Assembly: GCF_902713615.1 (NCBI RefSeq)
Contig: NC_052159.1
Location: 27,765,709-27,829,708 of the forward strand
Reading direction: 5' to 3'
DNA: 64,000 nucleotides
Origin: Scyliorhinus canicula
Taxonomy: Eukaryota
Shown: one piece after another, positions 1-11,350 of the stretch
Position numbering within the stretch: position 1 is the first letter of the stretch
How the letters are laid out: each line of letters begins with the position of its first letter
Notes under the pieces: generated by a model
What the model saw: only the letters and a program-made list of their open reading frames with translations
Told to the model about the DNA's origin: nothing
Database searches by the model: none
Position numbers and translations under genes: made by a program

Positions 1-114
1 AACTTCCATTTTACATTTGTGCTGGGCATCCAGAACACCTGTTCAAAGTTTTTCCACATAATGCTGTATGAATCTAACATGCAATACATTCATATATTCT
101 GAGTGCCGGGAACA

Positions 115-439
115 GGGCACAGCACGGTGGCACAGTGGTTAGCACTGCTGCATCACAGCTCCAGGGTCCCGGGTTCAATTCCAGCCTCGGGTCATTGTCT
201 GTATGAAGTTTGCATTTTCTCCCCATGTCTGCTTGGGTTTCCTCCGGGTGTTCCGGTTTCCTCCCACAGTCCAAAGAAGTGCAGGTTAGGTGGATTGGTC
301 ATGCTAAATTGCCCCTTAGTGTCCAAAAGGTTAGGTGGTATGGAGGCGTGGACTTAAGTAGGGTGCTCTTTCCAAGGGCCGGTGCAAACTTGATGGGCCA
401 AATTGCCTCCTTCTTCACTCTAGGGTTCTATGATTCTAT
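115..439 (+). mobile_element. HE1-like tRNA-derived SINE with CR1-type tail
   Basis: GCACGGTGGCACAGTGGTTAGCACTG head with A/B-box-like motifs, central GGTTAGGTGGATTGG domain, tail ending GGTTCTATGATTCTATG; GGAACAG occurs on both sides (possible TSD). Confidence 0.9.
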
Positions 440-1289
440 GGAACAGTTCTGGAACACATTGAACACTCAAAATAACCACAGAATCCCATAATTCAGATGC
501 TGGTGCCAGAGACACAGCAGTATTTGGAGCACGTAGGTTGCATCAGTCTACTGTTCCCTCATGCACATCTTGATACAGTCAACTTCCATTATCCAGATTC
601 AATAATGCATTCTATATTCTAATCACTCTCTGCTCGGAAAAAAAATTCTAATGTCTTCCATTATATTTTTAGTAGTAATCGAGAATTTATGCTCCCTTGT
701 TCCTAATTACTAGTCAAAGTACTCCTGGTCTCGAATCCTTTCCTAATTTTGATCATCTTAAAAAGCTTCATTAAGCTATGCTGATGCAATAAATCTTGCC
801 ATTCCTGATATCAAACTACGAAATCTATGTAACTCCTTTTTCCCTAGGTCCAAACATCTTTTCTAAAATTCAATTCTGCTCCCAAGCGCCAGTGAAGCAG
901 ACCAAGAACAGTGGAAGGTGGAGATTTGGACCTTGTGCTGGAGGCACACTAGCAATACTGAGGGAGCAAGAGGTTCCTGCTGTTCCACAAAATCAGCTTT
1001 ATTTTTGTTTTATTCATTCATGGGATGTGGGTGTCGCTGGCTGGGCCAGCATTTATTGCCCATCCCTAATTGCCCTTGAGAAGGTCCAGAAATTATTAAT
1101 GGTCCAGGAAATATATCAATGTGGGCATAGCACCAAGATGCTGCCTTGTCACTGTTTATCTAAGAGTATGCTGTCAAGGAGCTAAAACTTTAAAAGCACG
1201 CACAAGAAAGTGGTTGCTTCTTTTCTTAGTTATCTTCACTGTGATTTTGGAGGTGTATATTTTACTATTTTGTTTCATTTATTTAGTTG

Positions 1290-1612
1290 TGGGCAGCACG
1301 GTAGCACAAGTCATTAGCACTGTGGCTTCACAGCGCCAGTGTCCCAGGTTCGATTCCCCGCTGGGTCACTGTCTGTGCGGAGTCTGCACGTTCTCCCCGT
1401 GTCTGCGTGGGTTGCCTCCGGGTGCTCTGGTTTCCTCCCACAGTCCAAAGATGTGCAGGTTAGGTGGATTGGCCATGCTAAATTGCCCTTAATGTCTAAA
1501 AAAAGGTTAGAAGGGGTTATTGGATTAGGGGATTGGGTGGAAGTGAGGGCTTAAGTGGGTCGGTGCAAACTCGATGGGCCAAATGGCCTCCTTCTGCATT
1601 GTATGTTCTATG
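1290..1612 (+). mobile_element. HE1-like SINE, CR1-type tail
   Basis: Same head, core and GGCCAAATGGCCTCCTTCTGCA tail as the 115-439 copy. Confidence 0.9.
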
Positions 1613-2304
1613 TATTTATTGGACTACGCAGAAGCCAATTGTCTCAGCATTGGTCCTGGGAAAACATCCCTTCTCTGGGTGGATGGGTCAGTTAAAAGGG
1701 ATTTGTTGTCCCCCCCCGCCCGCCCCTTGCATTGCCTGGGATTCCCAGGAGGAGAGCGGGTCCTGCCCCTGTAATTTGTGTCAGCCCAAAGTACCCATGT
1801 AAGTAAAGTGGGGAACAACATTCCCAGCTCACAGCTTCGATTTACTACCAATCAGACCTATATATCCAGATGCAGGAAGACCACAATGAAATTGACCTTT
1901 GCTGAGATCCTGTTCAAATGGATGACCTAAGGAGAATCGTAAATAAGCCAGAGGATTCTAACTATAAATAAAAATGTTGAACATTCACCCACCGTAACTT
2001 CAAGTCTTGGAACTTTCTAGATGGTAATATCTACATTGAACTGCATTTGTCTGTCCTATCTCGTACCTCCAACATATTTCTACATAGTGTTCTCTGTCTT
2101 TGATTTTGTACAGACAGATTTTTATGTCATTCTTTCTACATTCATAGACAAAACATTTGTCTGCATTAAGACCAAGATGGATTGTAACACAGGGCAGTTT
2201 CTCAATCCAAGAGGCATCCAATTACTCCCACTTTCTGGATTCTACCATTCTATACATGTTCTGCTTCACATTTAATGCGATCTGCCTTAACTCTACAACA
2301 AATC

Positions 2305-2529
2305 GGGCGGCACGGTGGCACAGTGGTTAACATTGCTGCCTACAGCACTGAGGACCCGGGTTCGAATCCCGGCCCTGGGTCACTGTCCGTGAGGAGTTTG
2401 CACGTTCTCCCCGTGTCTGCGTGGGCTTCACCCCCACAACCCAAAGATGTGCAGGATAGGTGGATTGGCTACGCTAAATTGCCCCTTAATTGGAAAAAAT
2501 AACTGGGTACTCTAAATTTAAAAAAACTA
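2305..2529 (+). mobile_element. Short-tail HE1-like SINE with A-rich end
   Basis: HE1 head, short tail AATTGGAAAAAATAACTGGGTACTCTAAATTTAAAAAA; 16-bp TSD AACTCTACAACAAATC on both sides. Confidence 0.9.
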
Positions 2530-2688
2530 AACTCTACAACAAATCTCTTATTTAAGATTTTCTTTTGGATACTTTCTGAAAGTCCATCAGCATTGTATTT
2601 ATTACATCCTATTTGTCTATGCACTTGGCAACTTTGTTTAAAAAATTCCATTACATTAGTCAAGCTTGGTCTTCCTTTTAAAAATCTG

Positions 2689-2877
2689 ATGTGAAGATGC
2701 CGGCATTGGACTGGGGTGAGCACAGTAAGAAGTCTTACAACACCAGGTTAAAGTCCAACAGGTTTGTTTCGAATCACTAGCTTTCGGAGCACTGCTCCTT
2801 CACCTGAGGAAGGAGCAGTTCTCCGAAAGCTAGTGATTCGAAACAAACCTGTTGGACCTTAACCTGGTGTTGTAAGA
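2689..2877 (+). mobile_element. Palindromic Penelope-like non-autonomous element (inverted pLTR pair)
   Basis: ~72-bp near-perfect inverted arms (2730-2801 / 2809-2880), 14-bp TSD CTTTTAAAAATCTG (2675-2688, 2878-2891), hammerhead core at centre. Confidence 0.75.
2800..2836 (+). ncRNA. Minimal type-I hammerhead ribozyme motif
   Basis: TCAC-CTGAGGA-A-GGAG cagtt CTCC-GAAA-GC-TA-GTGA: stem I, CUGANGA box, stem II hairpin, GAAA box, palindromic AGCU stem III, UA cleavage site. Confidence 0.7.
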
Positions 2878-3383
2878 CTTTTAAAAATCTGTATTGTCTT
2901 TCCTTGATTTCATTCCTCTGTAAGTGTTCATTGATGTTACACTTATTCATAATCATGTTAACTATATTACTATGTTAAAATAATGATGGAAGTCAACAAG
3001 GTTGTGGATGGGAAAATGGAACAGAGTATATGATTATAAACTGCTAAAAGCCACTTTCAATTGAATGTATAATTTCTTTGCTCTCGTTAATGTGTGGAAT
3101 TGACTGCCATCTAGTGCACTATGGTGTCACAAAGCTATTGGGTAAATTATTGAACCGGTTTACTTACAATTAACTGAAAGACAGAACCAAAAGTATGGGT
3201 AAGATATTATGCATTATTAATGGTAATTTTTTGAACTTCCGGTGGCGGCGATGACGTAGGAAGCCGCACATTTGGGAGCTCCCGTTTTAAACGGACTTTT
3301 CGACTCTTTTTAGAGCCCAAAACGGAAATTTTTCGACGTCTCCCGGTGGGAGAAGGTGTGCTGATCGACTTTCCCCGCAGTCC

Positions 3384-4199
3384 ATGACTCGAACTCGGAG
3401 TGGAAAGGGGGAAAAAACAGCAGCAGCACCCCAGAAAAAACGGGGGAAGGAATCCAAGATGGCGGCCGGCAGAGCTCCAGAGGAGTGGAAGCAGTGGGCC
3501 CTGGAGCAACAAGCTGCTCTCCTGCGCTGCTTCACAGACTTCAAGGCTGAGGTACTGAGCTCTCTGCAGGAAACAAACAGAAGGCTCTCGGAGATTCAGA
3601 CGACCCAGGGTGCTGCCATCAAGGAGTTGCAGACGCAGGCCACTGAACGAGAGGAGGAGGCCGGGATCCTCGTGAGTAAGGTGGAGGGACATGAGGCACT
3701 CCACAAGAAATGGCAGGAACGCTTCGAGGAGCTTGATCACCGCATGAGGCGGAAAAATCTGCGGCTCTTGGGCCTTGCGGAGGGGCTGGAGGGGTCGGAC
3801 CTGACAACCTACGTGGCTACGATGCTGAACTCGCTAGTGGGGGCCGGGTCTTTCCATCTGCCCTTGGAGCTGGAGAGAGCACACAGAGTACTGGCCAGGA
3901 GGCCTAAGGAGAATGAACCCCCGCTTGCGGTGCTGGTGAGGTTCCACCAGTTCAGTGATCAGGAGTGCGTGCTGCGCTGGGCCAAGAAGGTGAAGAGCAG
4001 CAATTGGGAGAATGGGGTAGTACGGATCTACCAGGATTGGAGTGCGGAGGTGGCTAAGCGGCAGTCCGGATTTAATCGGACGAAAGAGGTGCTTTACAAG
4101 AAAAAGCTAACGTTCGGAATGTTGCAACCTGCGCGCCTGTGGGTAACTTATTCGGACCGGCATTATTATTTTGATTCCCCGGAGGAGGCGTGGGCTTGA
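3384..4199 (+). CDS. L1 ORF1p-like RNA-binding/coiled-coil protein (271 aa, probably slightly 3'-shortened)
   Basis: Coiled-coil N-terminus, RRKNLRLLGLAEGLEG, LERAHR, IYQDWS and PARLWVT motifs typical of the L1 ORF1 (Transposase_22) family. Confidence 0.85.
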   Translation: MTRTRSGKGEKTAAAPQKKRGKESKMAAGRAPEEWKQWALEQQAALLRCFTDFKAEVLSSLQETNRRLSEIQTTQGAAIKELQTQATEREEEAGILVSKVEGHEALHKKWQERFEELDHRMRRKNLRLLGLAEGLEGSDLTTYVATMLNSLVGAGSFHLPLELERAHRVLARRPKENEPPLAVLVRFHQFSDQECVLRWAKKVKSSNWENGVVRIYQDWSAEVAKRQSGFNRTKEVLYKKKLTFGMLQPARLWVTYSDRHYYFDSPEEAWA

Positions 4200-4875
4200 A
4201 CTAGGGGTTGGGGGTTGCGGGGTCGGTTGTAATACTTTATTGCTGGATTCTGCTGTTGCTGTGTTCTCTTTTTGTGTACTTTCGCAATTTTGATATGGTT
4301 ATTTATGGGGGTGTTATTCTGTTATTTTTTTTGCTGTGGGGCATTGTTTGAGTTTTGTATCTTGCGGGGAGGGTTGGGGGAGTTTGTTGTATTCTATGTC
4401 GGGTTGGGGGTATGGAGTGGGGCTGGTATTTGGGAGCTGCGTCAGAAGGGTGTGGTGGGGCAGTGCGAAAGCGCGGGCTTTCCTCTGGTTTCCCGCGCTG
4501 TGGGGCTGGGGGGGTGGAGACGATGATGGGGGGAGGCGGGGCCTTAACTGGTTCTTCCCCGTGCTGGAGCGGTGCCTGGAGGAGGGATAGATTGGGGGAT
4601 GATCCCACTTTGGGAGGGGTCGGGTTATTGGCGGGAGTTTCCGGGGTCAGCAGAAGTTAGCTGACCCACTGAAGTACAATGGAGGACGGTTCGCGGCTAG
4701 GAGAGTTCCTAGCCTGGGGGGGAAGGAGGGGGGGGGGGGAAAGGAGAATACCGGGTTGCTGCTGGTAGGGTCAGGAAGGAGCTGGTGGAGGCTGGGGGGA
4801 CAGAGGTGAGGTGTTGTCGCTGTGGGGACTGGGTCGGGCAGGGGGTGCTGGCCTGGGGCGGGCAGTCGACGGGCT

Positions 4876-7800
4876 ATGGCTAGTCGATGGGGGAGGGGGG
4901 GCGGGACGCCCTCTGATTCGGTTGGTCACCTGGAATGCGAGAGGATTGAATGGGCCGGTGAAGCGGTCGAGGGTACTTGCTCATCTGAAGGGGCTAAAGG
5001 CAGATATGGCAATGCTTCAGGAGACCCACCTGAAGGTGGCGGACCAGGTCCGTCTGAGGAAGGGATGGGTTGGGCAGGTTTTCCACTCTGGGTTGGATGT
5101 GAAGAACCGGGGAGTGGCGATTCTGGTGGGGGAAAATGTGTCGTTTGAGGCATTGGAGGTGGTGGCGGATAAGGGGGTAGGTATGTTATGGTTAGGGGCA
5201 GGCTACAAGGAGAGAAGGTGGTACTTGCTAGTGTGTAAGCCCCAAATTGGGACGATGCGGGCTTTATGAGGCGTATGTTGGGACGGGTCCCGGATCTGGA
5301 GGCGGGAGGTCTGATCATGGGGGGGGACTTCAATACGGTGTTGGATCCTTCACTGGATCGGTCCAGCTCTAGGACGGGTAGGAGGCCGGCGGCGGCCAAG
5401 ATACTGAGAGGGTTTATGGACCAGATAGGTGGGGTGGATCCATGGAGGTTTGTGAGGCCGAGGGCACGGGAGTACTCTTTCTTCTCCCACGTACATAGGG
5501 TCTACTCTCGGATAGACTTCTTCGTGGTGAGCAGGGGACTGATTCCGAGAGTGGAGGAGGCCGAGTAGTCGGCCATTGCAATCTCTGACCACGCTCCGCA
5601 TTGGATAGAGTTAGAGATGGGGGAGGTGCGGGACCAGCGCCCGTTGTGGCGGTTGGATGTGGGGTTGTTGGCGGAGGAGGAGGTGTGTAGGAGGGTCCGG
5701 GCAAGTATTGAGGGGTACCTCGAGGTGACTGATACGGGGGAGGTTCAGGTGGGGGTGGTCTGGGAAGCCCTGAAGGCAGTGATTCGTGAGGAGCTGATAT
5801 CCATCCGGGCACACAGGGAGAGGAGCGAGAGGAGTGAGAGGGATAGACTGGTGGGAAAGATGCTGGAGGTAGACAGGAGGTACGCAGAGCCACCAGAGGA
5901 GGGACTGTTGGGGGAGAGGCGCAGCCTGACAGCTAAATTTGATTTGCTGACCACTAGAAAGGCGGAGGCACAGTGGAGGAAGGCACAAGGGGCAGTGTAC
6001 GAACATGGTGAAAAGGCGAGTAGGATGCTGGCTCATCAGCTCTGCAAGCGGGATGTGGCTAAGGAAATTGCTGGAGTGAGAGATAAGAGTGGGAATGTGG
6101 TGCGGAAGGGGGTAGAGGTGAATGAGGTCTTCAAGGACTTTTACGGGGAACTGTACCGGTCGGAGCCAATGGGGGAGAGGGGGGGAATGGAGAGGTTCCT
6201 CGACGGGCTTTCTTTCCCGAAGGTGCAGGAGGAGCAGGTGGAGGGGTTGGGTGCGCCGATTGAGCTGGAGGAGCTAGTTAAGGGGATCAGGCAGATGCAG
6301 TCAGGGAAGGCACCGGGGCTGGATGGGTCCCCGGTGGAATTTTATAAAAGGTTTGTGGACCCTTGCTGGTGCGGACACTTAATGAAGCGTGGGAAGGGGG
6401 GACTTTGCCCCCGACGATGTCGCGGGCGCTGATCTCGTTAATTTTAAAGAGGGACAAGGACCCCCAGCAGTGTGGTTCATACAGGCCCATATCTCTCCTC
6501 AACGTAGATGCCAAGGTGCTGGCAAAAATCCTGGCCACCAGGATAGAGGACTGTGTGCCAGGGGTTGTACACGAGGACCAGACAGGTTTTGTGAAGGGAA
6601 GGCAACTGAACACGAATGTGCGGAGATTGTTGAATGTCATCATGATGCTGGCGATTGAGGGGGAGGCAGAGATAGCGGTGGCGCTGGATGCGGAGAAGGC
6701 CTTCGATAGAGTGGGGGTACTTATGGGAGGTGTTGGGGAGGTTTGGATTTGGTGAAGGGTTTATTAGATGGGTAAGGCTGCTATATGAGGCCCCGATGGC
6801 GTGCGTGGCCATGAATGGGAGGAGGTCGGAGTACTTCCGGCTTTACCAAGGGACCAGGCAGGGTTTCCCCCTGTCCCCCTTGCTGTTTGCACTGGCAGTT
6901 GAGCCGCTGGCGATGGCGTTGAGGGATTCAGAGAGGTGGAGAGGTTTGGTGCGAGGTGGGGAGGACCATAGGGTGTCGTTGTATGCCGATGACCTGTTAC
7001 TGTATGTGGCGGACCTGATGGGAGGGATGCCGGGGGTGATGGAGCTGCTAGCTGAGTTTGGGACCTTTTCAGGTTATAAACTAAATTTAGGCAAGAGTGA
7101 GGTGTTTGTGGTGCACCCTGGAGACCAGGAGGAAGGAATTGGTAGGCTCCCGCTTAGGCGGGCAGGAGAGAGCTTTAGGTACCTGGGGGTGCAGGTGGCC
7201 AGGGACTGGGGGACTCTTCACAAACATTATTTCACCAGACGTAGATCAGATGGAGGAGGAGTTCAAGAGGTGGGACATGCTGCCATTGTCGTTGGCGGGG
7301 AGGGTGCAGTCCGTCAAAATGACGGTGCTTCCGAGGTTCTTGTTCCTCTTTCAGTGCCTGCCCATCTTTATCCCCAGGGCCTTCTTTAGGAGTGTGACTA
7401 GCAGTTTTTTGAGCTTTGTGTGGGCACATGGGACTCCGAGAGTGAAGAGGGTGTTCCTGGAGCGAGGGAGGGATAGAGGTGGGCTGGCGCTGCCCAACCT
7501 TTTGGGGTACTATTGGGCGGCCAATGTGTCAATGGTGCGTAAATGGGTGATGGAGGGGGGAGGGGCGGCGTGGAAAAGAATGGAGATGGCGTCATGTAGA
7601 GGTACGAGCCTGGGTGCCATGGTAACGGTGCCGTTGCCGCTCTCCCCTAAGAGGTTTACCACGAGCCCGATGGTGGCGGCGACCCTAAGAATCTGGGGAC
7701 AGTGGAGACTGCATAGGGGGGAAACAGGGGGCTCGATGAAGGCTCCATTGGGTGGCAATCATTGGTTCATCCCAGGGAACAGGGATGGGAGATTTAGGGG

Positions 7801-8115
7801 GTGGCAAAGGGTGGGCATCAGTAAATTGAGGGACCTATTTATTGGCGGGAGGTTTGCGGGCCTGGGGGAACTGGAAGATAAATTTGGCCTTCCCCAAGGG
7901 AACATGTTCAGATACTTGCAGGTAAAGGCGTTTGCTAGGCGACAGGTAGAGGGATTCCCTTTGCTGCCCTCGCAGGGGACGATGGACAGAGTGCTTTCGG
8001 GGGTGTGGGTCGGAGAGGGGAAGGTGTCTGACATCTATAAGGTAATGCAGGAGGTAGAGGAGTCGTCAGTGGAGGAGCTGAAGGCTAAATGGGAGGAGGA
8101 ACTCGGGGAGCAGAT
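4876..8115 (+). pseudogene. Disrupted L1/Tx1 ORF2 (APE endonuclease + reverse transcriptase)
   Basis: Successive ORF pieces 4811-5269, 5266-5568, 5617-6432, 6363-6755, 6688-7389, 7097-8143 carry consecutive ORF2 motifs in changing frames. Confidence 0.88.
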
Positions 8116-8404
8116 TGGTTCATTGCCTACTACTATCTTTTAAAAGTATTTTTCACATTTTTAAACTAATGTCGTCTTAATAATTAATTACCTCATTTTA
8201 CTCTGAAAATTTTGAGTTTTGCAATAGTGTCTTGACTTCACCATCAAATATCATAAAATTTAACTATGAATCCTTTGTTTCTTTGTTACAGTATAATTGC
8301 CATATCCAATGTATCAAAATAAAGCTATCAAATTTGAATCAGTAAGTTTCTTCTTTTAATTTTTAATACACACTTGGGATGTGAACTTTGCTGACAAAGC
8401 CAGT

Positions 8405-11050
8405 TGGCTGGATTGTCCATTGCATGATGCCGATAGTGGGTTTCCTGATCTGGCAGAGAATGGAGTGTTGGCCAAAAAATGGGACAGGCACCTGGCGCCA
8501 ATCCTGTTGCGATACTCCAGTCCCTCGCCAGCAGCGAGCTACACGTCTGTGCCGGCGGAAGCCCAATTCTCCAACCCCTCATGGTGCTCCAGCCCTTCAG
8601 CTGGGTTTCATGCGGGCGTGAATTGGTGCAAATATTTACAAGCAGGACCCAGGCACCATGCCTGTTGAGGGGGAGCAAGGAGGTAAGCAAACCTTTTGGA
8701 CTTGCTGGATGGGTGTATATCTTGACCTCAGGGAGTAGCGGAGAATGACTGGGTGGCAGGTCTGTGCATGTATGGTGTCCCCCTCAGAATTGGGGTGCCC
8801 TGGCTGAGACCCCCATTGCTGAATAAATACATATAAACTCACCCCCCTAGCTGCAACTTACAGGCTCCTGGCTGCTGAGACTGCTGACTCTCTTAGTATC
8901 TTGCAAATGCTCTGTGGGCTTTTGGCCATGTGGACACCCACCCAGCCCACCATCTGGAGAGCCTCAAATCCCAGCAGTACCATCAAGGGGTGGGTGTGGC
9001 CATGCTCAATCGCTGGCCCACCCAGTGACATTCTCTGGATCTCTCCCCTCTCCCCTCTGAGGGTCATACCAGTATCACCATAGGGTGTTGGGTCTGGGTT
9101 GGCAGTATCAGTGGGTCTTGTCCATGGGACAGAGATGGATGATGACAACTTGTTGTGAGATGAGCTCTGCTGCTCCTCATTGTCTGACAAAGTCTGACTC
9201 CTGTCTTTCTGTCTTTAAGATAGCATTCCCGTATCCGCCTGGATGATCCCTGTATGTGTGCTAGCCATTTCCTCTCACGGGCCCATATATGTTTGGGTGG
9301 GGGAAGAGCAGTTTGCCACGTCTTGGTGTGGGAGTAACAAAGTGAGATGTTTATATGTCTGTACCTGGCCGACTTTTGGGTGCCAAGGGTGTCGATGTGT
9401 CATCTTTTTCTGCCCGCTCCCCGTGTCCCTCTGTGACTGGTTGAGGTCAGGTAGCGCCCGGCCAATGCTCTCGATACCCTCAACCATGACCCTTTGTGAA
9501 TGGGCAAAGCTCTGAAGTGCCGCAGCAATGTCCATCTGTGCCCGGGGCAGATCAGCCTGTGGCTGGGCTCTCCTGTCCTGCACCTCAGCCATGGACAGCA
9601 CAGTGTTTCCAAGCCTTGGACATCCTGACACATGGCCCTGACGTCTTGCCCCAGGCCTTCTAGCGCGGACACCACCATTTCAGCGTTGGCCTGGGTGCCA
9701 CGCGTTGTCTGCACCATATCCTGTGCCTGAAGGCTGGAGTTGTAGGTGCTGGAAAGTTGCTGACACCCCCTCTTGTAGATTCTGGTTCTGCTTCTGCATC
9801 TGCAACAGTGATGGGATCATCTTTTCCAGAAGCACAAGATCTGTCTGGGCAACAGCTGGACCCTGGGATCGGTCTCTCGAAGCGGCCACTCCCTCAGGAG
9901 TCCCTGCCTCCACCTGATGTGCTGCAGCATGTGTGTGGTGCTCACCAGAGGGTGACCCAGGAGCTGAGTGATAGTCTCTGCGATGGTGGACGATGTGAAA
10001 GCAGTGCTGGTGTCTTCCCCAGAGTCATGCTCCAGGGTCTGAATCGGCCTGTAGCAACCCTGGGCGGCCCAACTTTGTCTACTGGGCATCTGGCAAGTGG
10101 TAAGTCAAAAGACATGGGGTGAGATCTTGGGAAGGACTGCTCAGTGGGAGAGGGGTGACTGACTGGCTATAGGGACATCTGTGTTGCATTGGACTCTCAC
10201 TTCTTTGGCTCCGGCTGACCCCCATGTCTCTCCTTGACCTCCCCCGCAAGTTGCAGGGCCCTGTTCTCTGAAGCGGTGTGGACCTAAAGATCTGTGGTGC
10301 GTTTTCTCCTCTTCTGGCACTCCTGCTGAATATGGGACACTTTATCCTTGGGGAGTCAGAAAGGACATAGTGAGATGCTCGGGTGTGAGTGTTATGGGAG
10401 TTTTGAGCCGGTGGCTTGTGTGTGCACGGTTCCTGACCAAAGAGGACAATACATGTGTTGGGATTTTGTGGAGGGTGAGTTGCAAGCAGGTGGGGTGTTG
10501 TTGGCCTCTAAGGGGTTGGGGGAAGATGTGAGGAGTGAGGGACGGGAGTGATGCAAGGGTCACAGAGGTACTTATTCACCCAAGCTGCTCTAAGGAGGTT
10601 GTTGATCGTTTCATGGCATTGCATGCCAGTCCTCCTGGTGAGACTGGCAGCACTGCCAGCCCCGGCACCTATTCCTAGGCATTGCTGAGAATAGTGGGCT
10701 TGAGTTTCCACCCCACGCTGGGGAAGAGGGTGTCCCTCCTCTCAATGGCATCCAGCATTCAGTCGATCTCCAACTGCAAGAACCTTGGAGCAGAATTTTA
10801 GCAGCCATCTACTTGGCTGGAATGACAGCCAGTGGTGAGTAGAGAGATTAAAAGCTGCTCCAGCTGGTCAGGCTATTAACACGATTCCTAAACCCAGTGA
10901 ATCAGACGCCAGTGGGGCCGGGAATTGGTCGGGCAGCTTGTGAGCTGTGTGCTGGCCCATTTGCATTCTCCTGGCCGGTGCTCCTAGTGGGAGCAGCAGT
11001 TCCTGCGATTCTGCGGCACCAGTTAGTCTCCAGAACGGAGAACCCAGCCC
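8405..11050 (-). mobile_element. PIF/Harbinger-like DNA transposon derivative with decayed Myb/SANT-like ORF
   Basis: Imperfect TIRs TGGCTGGATTGTCC / GGAGAACCCAGCCC flanked by AGT on both sides; minus-strand remnants MAAKILL.RF...MLDAIERRDTLFP and SAASLTRRTGMQCHETINNLLRAA resemble Harbinger Myb-like proteins; no transposase seen. Confidence 0.65.
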
Positions 11051-11350
11051 AGTATTTATTGCCCACCCTGAATTGCCCTGAGAAGATAGCATGTGCAGTA
11101 TGTGGCTACGTAGCAATTTATTGCAACAGCGTGCAAGACCACCTGAAATGGCAGTGAAGATTCAATCACACTCGTACACGATTTTGTTTCACTGAATGCA
11201 AGCTCTCACACTGCTATTGAACTCACATTCTCTGGATTGTTAGACAAATTACTGGTCCAGTAACATGACCACAAAGCCACCAGGCACAGTGTGTTAGAAA
11301 TGGTGGTGTAACGTAGGGGGAAGACACACGCGAGGTGGCTCCCGCTAGAG

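Larger units (their letters stand above)
3235..8115 (+). mobile_element. L1/Tx1-clade LINE, 5' end present, 3' end missing, ORF2 disrupted
   Basis: 5' UTR starting ACTTCCGGTGGCGG; ORF1; G-rich spacer; ORF2 with APE motifs (VTWNARGL, LQETH, GGDFN, SRID) and RT motifs (YRPISLLNVD, LDAEKAFD, GTRQG, LYADD) over several frameshifts/stops. Confidence 0.92.

Noticed and set aside
115-200. tRNA-like A/B boxes as tRNA genes
   Set aside because: SINE heads continuing into SINE bodies; no cloverleaf gene with terminator.
74-491. Many short ORFs with PVSAWVSSGCSGFLPQSKDVQVRWIGHAKLPL or CGVCTFSPCLRGFPPGAPVSSHSPKMCRLGG repeated across the window
   Set aside because: They are translations of the same SINE family, not a protein family.
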